A stretch of DNA of 41,560 nucleotides from a candidate division WOR-3 bacterium (GTDB taxonomy: Bacteria; Hydrothermota; Tepidihabitantia; Tepidihabitantales; DTDR01). This document shows positions 37,176-41,560 of the stretch, piece by piece (the stretch's first letter is position 1; each line of letters begins with the position of its first letter). The stretch spans positions 1 through 41,560 of the forward strand of contig JBDRVN010000009.1 in NCBI GenBank assembly GCA_039801885.1, in the 5' to 3' direction. A model generated the notes under the pieces. The model searched no databases. It was not told the DNA's origin and saw nothing but the letters and a program-made list of their open reading frames with translations. The position numbers and the translations under genes are program-made.

Positions 37176-37682
37176 ATGATAAAGGATTTCCTTTCTAAGA
37201 AACCAAAGATTGATGGCTCGGTTTATATTGCTCCTAACGCAATTATAATTGGTGATGTGGAAATTGGAAAAGGTAGTAGTATTTGGTTTGGCACAATAAT
37301 CAGAGCAGATACCGAAAAGATTAAAATTGGTGAATATACTAATATTCAAGATTATACTGTTTTACATACGGATAAAGGTTTTATTTTAGGGATTGGTAAT
37401 TATGTTAGTATCGGTCATCGGGCAATAATTCACGGATGTAAAATTAGTGATAACGTGATGATTGGTATGGGAGCAATTATTTTAAACGGTGCAGTGATAA
37501 GTGAAAATTCAATAGTTGCTGCTGGTAGTGTTATTAAAGAGAATTTCCTTGTTCCACCGAATACTTTGGTTGCTGGCGTGCCGGGTAGTGTGAAAAGAGA
37601 ATTAAAAGAAGAAGATATTAAAATGATAAAAGATGCTGCTACTCATTATTATCAACTGGCAAAGATTTATAAAAATCTATGA
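37176..37682 (+). CDS. Gamma carbonic anhydrase family (YrdA/PaaY-like) hexapeptide protein
   Basis: IIGDV.IG, IRAD, TNIQD..VLH, IGHRAIIHGC (three Zn-binding His), IGMGA. Confidence 0.95.
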   Translation: MIKDFLSKKPKIDGSVYIAPNAIIIGDVEIGKGSSIWFGTIIRADTEKIKIGEYTNIQDYTVLHTDKGFILGIGNYVSIGHRAIIHGCKISDNVMIGMGAIILNGAVISENSIVAAGSVIKENFLVPPNTLVAGVPGSVKRELKEEDIKMIKDAATHYYQLAKIYKNL

Positions 37683-38095
37683 GATATAAATTAATTCCTC
37701 ATACTTCTGATTTGGGGGTAGAAATTTATGGCAAGACAATTGAAGAACTTTTTTTAAATGCTCTTTATTGTGTTACTGATAACATTACCGATATTGAGAA
37801 GGTTGAAGAAATTATAGAAAAAGAGATTTGTGTTGAAGGTGAAGATTTAGAAGATTTGTTTATGAATTTTTTAAGGGAGTTAATTTTTATCTTTTCTACC
37901 AAATATTTCTTAGCAAAGAATATTAAAAATTTAAAAATTGAAAAAGATTATAAAAAGTTAACGGGAATTTTGGTTGGCGAAAAATTTAATAAAGAAAAGC
38001 ACCCAATAAAGATTGAATTGAAAACACCTACCTACCACCTTTTTTCTATTAAAAAAGAAGATATTTATAAGGCAACAGTTATCTTTGATGTGTAA
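37679..38095 (+). CDS. Archease
   Basis: Y..I.HTSD.G, EELF.NA, GEK, LKTPTYH, C-terminal VIFDV. Confidence 0.92.
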   Translation: MRYKLIPHTSDLGVEIYGKTIEELFLNALYCVTDNITDIEKVEEIIEKEICVEGEDLEDLFMNFLRELIFIFSTKYFLAKNIKNLKIEKDYKKLTGILVGEKFNKEKHPIKIELKTPTYHLFSIKKEDIYKATVIFDV

Positions 38096-38146
38096 ATTAT
38101 TATTATAAATGCAATAACTATCTCTTAACACATTTACTAATATCTA

Positions 38147-38174
38147 TTGACAAAATACAAATTTTTGTTATAAT
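38147..38174 (+). promoter_or_regulatory. Consensus sigma70 promoter (extended -10)
   Basis: TTGACA-16 nt (TG)-TATAAT, with GAGGAGGAGG SD before ATG 38196. Confidence 0.75.
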
Positions 38175-38195
38175 ATTTATATCTGAGGAGGAGGA

Positions 38196-39653
38196 ATGGA
38201 AGGGAGGGTTATAAGGCTTCCAGAAAAAATAAATATTTTCTTCTATTTATTAATTTTCTTAACTATCATCTTTTTTTTAATAAGTCTTTCAAGTGTTTTA
38301 AAAGCAGTAAAAGATTTAGAAAAACTTGAATTAGAGCATAGTAAAGAGAGGTTAGAACAATATTTTGAAAATAGAAAAGAGGCTTTGAGACATCAGGTTT
38401 TAGAATTAGGTGTCTGGTCAGAACCCTTTTGGCAGATAAAAACGGGAAAATTAAACAAAAAATGGTTTAAAGAAAACTTTGATGATTGGTTACCAGTGGT
38501 CAATTTAAATTTTGCTTACATTTTTGATAAAAAAGGAAATTTATTTTATCAAACCCATCCTCTCCTTTTTGATTGTAAAGAAATTATTCCCGAAATCATA
38601 AAAAGAAAAAATCTCTCCTTCTTTTTAAAATTAAATAAAGATACAATTTTAAATATTGCTGCCTCTTTAATTAATAAAAGTGAAGATGTAGAACAAGAAG
38701 GTGAATATGTTGGTTTTATTTTTATTGGCAGGATTATTGATAATGAAAGATTAAAGGAGGTTAAAAAAGAGGTAAGGGAAGATTTTGAGATTATTAATTT
38801 GGATGACGATAAAGAAAGAGTTGTTTTTCTAACTGATTATCAAGATAAACCAGTTATCTATTTAAAAATAAATTTTTCCGAAAAATCAATTTATAAAAAA
38901 TTAGGAAAGTATATTACTCCTGCTTGGTTTTTGACTGTTGGTTGTTTATATGCTTTAATCTTTTTATTAGTTAAAGAAGAGAAAAGAAAGATAAAAGAAG
39001 AGAAGGAAAAACAATTAGTTTTTTTAGGAAAGATAATGGGTTTTATCGTTCACGAATTGAAAAATCCCTTAGCGACAATAAAAAATTGTTTTTATCTTTT
39101 GAAAGAGATAAAAGATGAGAATAAAAGAAAAACTTACTTAGAAATAATGGAAAAGGCAACAGAAAATATTACCAAAACAATTGATACCTTTTTAAGAATA
39201 TCTAAGGGAGAAAAAGGAGAGGCGGAATTGGTTGATGCGAAAGATTTGGTTGAAGAGATAATAGGGAAAATGGCTATTCCTCCTTATATTAAAATAGAAG
39301 ATTCTTTAAATAATAATACAAAAGTTTTGGCAAATAAAAATCAATTAAGATATATCTTTAAAAATATTATTAAAAATAGTGTCGAAAGTATTAAAGAAAA
39401 TGGCTTAATAAAGATTACTAATGAAGAAAAAGATAGTAAAGTCAAAATAATATTTTCGGATAATGGCTGCGGAATAAAAAAGAAAGATCTAAAAAAGATT
39501 TTTGAGCCCTTTTATACTACTAAAGAGAAAGGAATGGGTTTTGGTTTAAGTTTAGTAAAATATCTTTTAGAATTGAATAATGGTAAGATAGAAATTTTTT
39601 CGCAGGAAGGTAAAGGAACTGATGTCGTAATTACTTTATTAAAAGGAGAATGA
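38196..39653 (+). CDS. Membrane sensor histidine kinase with CHASE4-like extracytoplasmic domain
   Basis: Two TMs; periplasmic LGVWSE..W and G.IFIGR; H-box VHELKNPL, NIIKNS, DNGCG, FEPFYTTK.KGMGFGL. Confidence 0.9.
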   Translation: MEGRVIRLPEKINIFFYLLIFLTIIFFLISLSSVLKAVKDLEKLELEHSKERLEQYFENRKEALRHQVLELGVWSEPFWQIKTGKLNKKWFKENFDDWLPVVNLNFAYIFDKKGNLFYQTHPLLFDCKEIIPEIIKRKNLSFFLKLNKDTILNIAASLINKSEDVEQEGEYVGFIFIGRIIDNERLKEVKKEVREDFEIINLDDDKERVVFLTDYQDKPVIYLKINFSEKSIYKKLGKYITPAWFLTVGCLYALIFLLVKEEKRKIKEEKEKQLVFLGKIMGFIVHELKNPLATIKNCFYLLKEIKDENKRKTYLEIMEKATENITKTIDTFLRISKGEKGEAELVDAKDLVEEIIGKMAIPPYIKIEDSLNNNTKVLANKNQLRYIFKNIIKNSVESIKENGLIKITNEEKDSKVKIIFSDNGCGIKKKDLKKIFEPFYTTKEKGMGFGLSLVKYLLELNNGKIEIFSQEGKGTDVVITLLKGE

Positions 39654-40039
39654 AAATTCTTTTAGTGGATGATAATTTTGAATTAGGTTTCACCTTAAAG
39701 GAATTATTGGAATTGAAAGGATTTCAGGTAGAATATGTGGAGGATGGTTTTGCGGCATTAGATAAATTTAAAGAAAATAATTTTGATTTGGTAATTATGG
39801 ATATTGTGATGCCGGGAATTGATGGCATAGAGATTTTTAAGAAGATGAAAGAGATAAAAAAAGATATAAAAGCCATTTTTGTTTCTGCCTTTATTGAGGA
39901 TAAAAGAAAAGAAGAATTAAAGAAAATGGGAATAAAATATTTCGTAGAAAAACCTTATGATTTCTCCAAAATTGTTAGTAAAATAGAAGAAATGTTATCT
40001 TCGAATTATAAAAAGGAAAAAGAGGCTCAAAAGTTTTAA
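39650..40039 (+). CDS. Single-domain response regulator
   Basis: ILLVDDN, MDIVMPGIDG, VSA, EKP; ATGA overlap with the kinase. Confidence 0.93.
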   Translation: MKILLVDDNFELGFTLKELLELKGFQVEYVEDGFAALDKFKENNFDLVIMDIVMPGIDGIEIFKKMKEIKKDIKAIFVSAFIEDKRKEELKKMGIKYFVEKPYDFSKIVSKIEEMLSSNYKKEKEAQKF

Positions 40040-41560
40040 AAGGGTAATAATAATTAAAGTTTGATAAATACCAAATAAGAGAATAAGAAGATTACTTCCT
40101 AAGATACCGCCAAGAAAACCACCAAGTAAATCTGAGCTATATAAAGTACCGGCGGTTTTCCCTTTGTTTTCTTCTTCATAAAGAAAAGTCGCCAAAGGAA
40201 ATTCGCCGCCGCAAAGAAAACCACAAAAAAAGGCTAAAAAAATGAATAAAAAGGTTGGAAAGTCATAGATTGCTTTTAATTGAAAGAGAAAAAAAAGGGA
40301 AAATAAGATTAAAAGAATCTCAAAAAGAATTAAATAAATATATGAATTATCTTTTCTTGTTGTAAAATAACTTCCCAAGGCAATTCCAGTCATAAAGGCG
40401 GTTGTTAAAAGTCCAATCTGATAATAAAGATAACCATAAACAATTTGGAAAGAGAAGGAAATAAGAAGCGAAAAGATTAAACTATAAAAGCCAGTAGAAA
40501 AAATGAGAAAAGCAAGAGTTTTTCTTTTACTTTTTTTAATAAGATTAAAAAGAAGAGAGAGAATAATAATAAATAAGATAATAAAAGAAAATTTTATTCT
40601 TTCTAAGAAGAGAAAGAGTTTTTGAAAGAAGGGTGAGAAGTGGGAGTTAAAATAGGATAGAAAATAATAGAGGGCAATTGGTGAAAAATCGGAGTTTATC
40701 TTTCCTTTAATATTTCTCATTTGAGAATTTAAAAAATCAAAATATCTTTCTGAAAGGCGCAGGGTTAAATAGGTTTCATTAATAATTAGGTCTTCCTTAT
40801 TTTCTAAATATTTTAAAGAAGATTTTATTAAGGAAAAAAGATTATTTTGGGAAATATTTTTATTATCAGTAGCAATAAAGATATTTTCTTCGCCAGGAAT
40901 AATTATAACGTTAGAAAAAACCTTCTCTAAGGTATTTATCAAAGTCTTTGTTAGTAATTTCAATTCAATTGGTAAATAGGTTAAAGAGCCGGACAAAGAA
41001 AAGATAAAGAAGCCATTTTCTTTTAGATTTCCTTTTAAAAAAATAAAAAATTCTAAGGTAAATAAACGGGCAATTTGTAAATCGGGTATCTCTTTTATTC
41101 CTAAATAAATTAAATCATAGTTTTTTTTATATTTTTTTAAAAAATAACGGGCATCAAAGTGATAAATTTTTAATTTTTCACTATTTAATTCTTTTTCGGT
41201 CAAATCGGTTTTAAATTTTTTTAATACCTTAAAAATCTCTGGGTCAATTTCTAAATAGTCAATATCTAAATTTTTATAACGCAAAAGTTCATAAATATTA
41301 CCACCAACACCACCACTTATAAAAAGAACCTTTAAATCTTCTTTTTTATCTTGCGCGAGATATAACAAAAGGGGAAGATGAATAAAATCTTGGCAGGAAG
41401 CAATATAAGGAGTGGGAGTAATAATAATTGGAATACTGTTATGAAAAAGGGTATATTGCTCTCTATCTTTTAAAACAGTAATATTGCCATAAAGAGAATT
41501 ATGATAATAAACAACTTCTCGATTTTGCCACTGGCTTTTAATTGTTCTCTTTTCAATTTT
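39995..41560 (-). CDS. Membrane-fused spermidine synthase-like protein (5'-partial)
   Basis: Frame is open to the window end (SLYGNITV..). VLFISGGVGG, YLEIDP, DARYF, LFTLEFF, NSD..P, then a multi-TM C-domain with FQIVYGYLYYQIG and LYSSDLLG. Confidence 0.85.
   Translation of the reverse strand, partial: KIEKRTIKSQWQNREVVYYHNSLYGNITVLKDREQYTLFHNSIPIIITPTPYIASCQDFIHLPLLLYLAQDKKEDLKVLFISGGVGGNIYELLRYKNLDIDYLEIDPEIFKVLKKFKTDLTEKELNSEKLKIYHFDARYFLKKYKKNYDLIYLGIKEIPDLQIARLFTLEFFIFLKGNLKENGFFIFSLSGSLTYLPIELKLLTKTLINTLEKVFSNVIIIPGEENIFIATDNKNISQNNLFSLIKSSLKYLENKEDLIINETYLTLRLSERYFDFLNSQMRNIKGKINSDFSPIALYYFLSYFNSHFSPFFQKLFLFLERIKFSFIILFIIILSLLFNLIKKSKRKTLAFLIFSTGFYSLIFSLLISFSFQIVYGYLYYQIGLLTTAFMTGIALGSYFTTRKDNSYIYLILFEILLILFSLFFLFQLKAIYDFPTFLFIFLAFFCGFLCGGEFPLATFLYEEENKGKTAGTLYSSDLLGGFLGGILGSNLLILLFGIYQTLIIITLLKLLSLFFLFIIRR

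Noticed and set aside
382-37349. Numerous 60-140 aa ORFs antisense to or nested in long genes (e.g. 382-636, 1482-1904, 4505-4843, 29298-29618, 31593-32000, 37092-37349)
   Set aside because: They are shadows of well-supported genes, with no motifs or SD.

Overview
AT-rich, gene-dense bacterial chromosome segment. The proteins are Lys/Glu-rich, there is an archaeal-type FBP aldolase/phosphatase, and two proteins carry short T9SS-like C-terminal tails. Together these suggest a thermophilic anaerobe near the FCB group, possibly WOR-3-like; this taxonomy is inference only. The left half (1-19540) is mixed housekeeping: 3' part of dnaN, a lipoprotein, purD, an LMW (probably arginine) phosphatase with a TsaC-like N-terminal remnant, acyl-CoA dehydrogenase, M14 carboxypeptidase, a 3D-domain protein, ftcD-PHP-polysaccharide deacetylase, a decayed stretch near 11.2-11.7 kb, FG-GAP-birA-coaX-NYN-tsaB, a formyltransferase/WecD-like GNAT/PIG-L trio and fbp. 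The main feature is a ~17 kb minus-strand block (36469 to 19542) of 12 genes whose ends all overlap or abut. It is a Wzy/Wzc-type polysaccharide locus (MurJ-like flippase, Wzy, fused glycosyltransferases, GNAT, DegT, membrane-anchored SDR, SLBB-only Wza-like protein, Wzc) that runs directly into a hybrid histidine kinase with a GGDEF-like relic, a single-domain response regulator and an orphan PilB/GspE ATPase. Its upstream region has a sigma54-like architecture: a -24 box with a non-consensus -12, two 25-bp IHF-like palindromes 105 bp apart, and repeated AAATG(C/A)GACA motifs, plus an unannotated 28-aa ORF. The window ends with gamma-CA, archease, a CHASE4-like kinase/regulator pair and a partial membrane-fused spermidine-synthase-like gene. 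I saw no rRNA, tRNA, CRISPR array or mobile element.
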